In this document: piece by piece, positions 54,574-55,038 of the stretch
How the letters are laid out: every line of letters begins with the position of its first letter
Position numbering within the stretch: the first letter of the stretch is position 1
NCBI GenBank assembly: GCA_964520615.1
Contig: CAZFNL010000099.1
Coordinates: 1-55,038 of the forward strand
Source: an uncultured Gammaproteobacteria bacterium
GTDB taxonomy: Bacteria > Patescibacteriota > Microgenomatia > 2-02-FULL-39-11
Direction: 5' to 3'
Length of the DNA: 55,038 nucleotides
The notes under the pieces: model-generated
The model's input: only the letters and a program-made list of their open reading frames with translations
The model's database searches: none
Told to the model about the DNA's origin: nothing
Position numbers and translations under genes: made by a program

Positions 54574-55038
54574 ATGGAAAAGGATATACCAATTGATCTG
54601 AAAAAACTTTATCTACCGTCTTCAAAGTCGCATAAAGGCCAAAACGGCAAATTGCTAATTATAGGCGGCAGTAAACTTTTCCATTCAGCCTCGCTCTGGT
54701 CTCTGGAAGTGGCTTCCCGTATAGTTGATCTGGTCCATTTTGCTTCAACAGATGAAAACAATAAAATTGTGCAAAAACTTAAACAGGAATTCAGAAACGG
54801 TATAGTTGTCACCAGAGTTGAGATTGAGTCGTATATAAAAGAGGATGACTGCATACTTATCGGGCCGGGGATGGTCAGGGCGGAATCAAGAATCAAGAAT
54901 CAAGAATCAAGAATCAAGAATATAGGACAAATTATTGAGATTTCCGATGAGGGCGAACAGACATATCACTTAACCAAATATTTACTGGAAAAATTTCCCC
55001 ATAAAAAATGGGTAATAGACGCCGGGGCGCTGCAGATG
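54574..55038 (+). CDS. nnrD: ADP-dependent NAD(P)HX dehydratase (partial, runs off the window)
   Basis: My translation: MEKDIPIDLKKLYLPSSKSHKGQNGKLLIIGGS...LIGPGM...WVIDAGAL (YjeF C-terminal motifs). Confidence 0.85.
   Translation, partial: MEKDIPIDLKKLYLPSSKSHKGQNGKLLIIGGSKLFHSASLWSLEVASRIVDLVHFASTDENNKIVQKLKQEFRNGIVVTRVEIESYIKEDDCILIGPGMVRAESRIKNQESRIKNIGQIIEISDEGEQTYHLTKYLLEKFPHKKWVIDAGALQM
54883..54921 (+). repeat. perfect heptamer tandem repeat (GAATCAA)x5 inside nnrD
   Basis: Read directly from the sequence. Confidence 0.95.

Noticed and set aside
1-55038. Alternative genetic code (UGA=Gly, code 25)
   Set aside because: Conserved genes are full length in code 11, and guaA ends in TGA exactly at its conserved C-terminus (EWE)

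Overview
AT-rich bacterial chromosomal segment in genetic code 11. Gene content (DUF5667 protein, TraD/HerA-like ATPase, split polA, type IV pilus cluster, archaeal-type PyrH, heptamer inserts in genes) points by inference to a Patescibacteria/CPR genome, probably Microgenomates. In order: the 5' start of an IS110 transposase; a TPP-riboswitch thiamine salvage operon (cytX-thiE-thiM-thiL-thiD); an HPS-like protein, an SPFH protein and a Phd-VapC toxin-antitoxin pair; a purine salvage operon (NDT-like, add, guaB, guaA, thpR) behind a terminator-containing leader; a B12 module (NrdR boxes, nrdR, nrdJ, pduO, cobalamin riboswitch, 801-aa orphan, DUF4430-like, DUF6580-like); three tRNAs for AUN codons (Ile-UAU, Met, initiator Met), each flanked by partial direct copies of itself, near a non-canonical Xer-like recombinase; a type IV pilus cluster; a compact Trp T-box ahead of a full trpEGDCFBA operon and a YbaK-YbaK-TrpRS fusion; then housekeeping genes (ftsH, 5'-3' exonuclease, GT4, mutM, pyrH, recF, nnrD). 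Best leads are the B12 capture/activation module, the short-stem-I T-box with the tandem-YbaK TrpRS, the self-duplicated tRNA ends, and REP-like hairpins inserted in regulatory RNAs. All family assignments come from reading motifs by eye; no searches were run.
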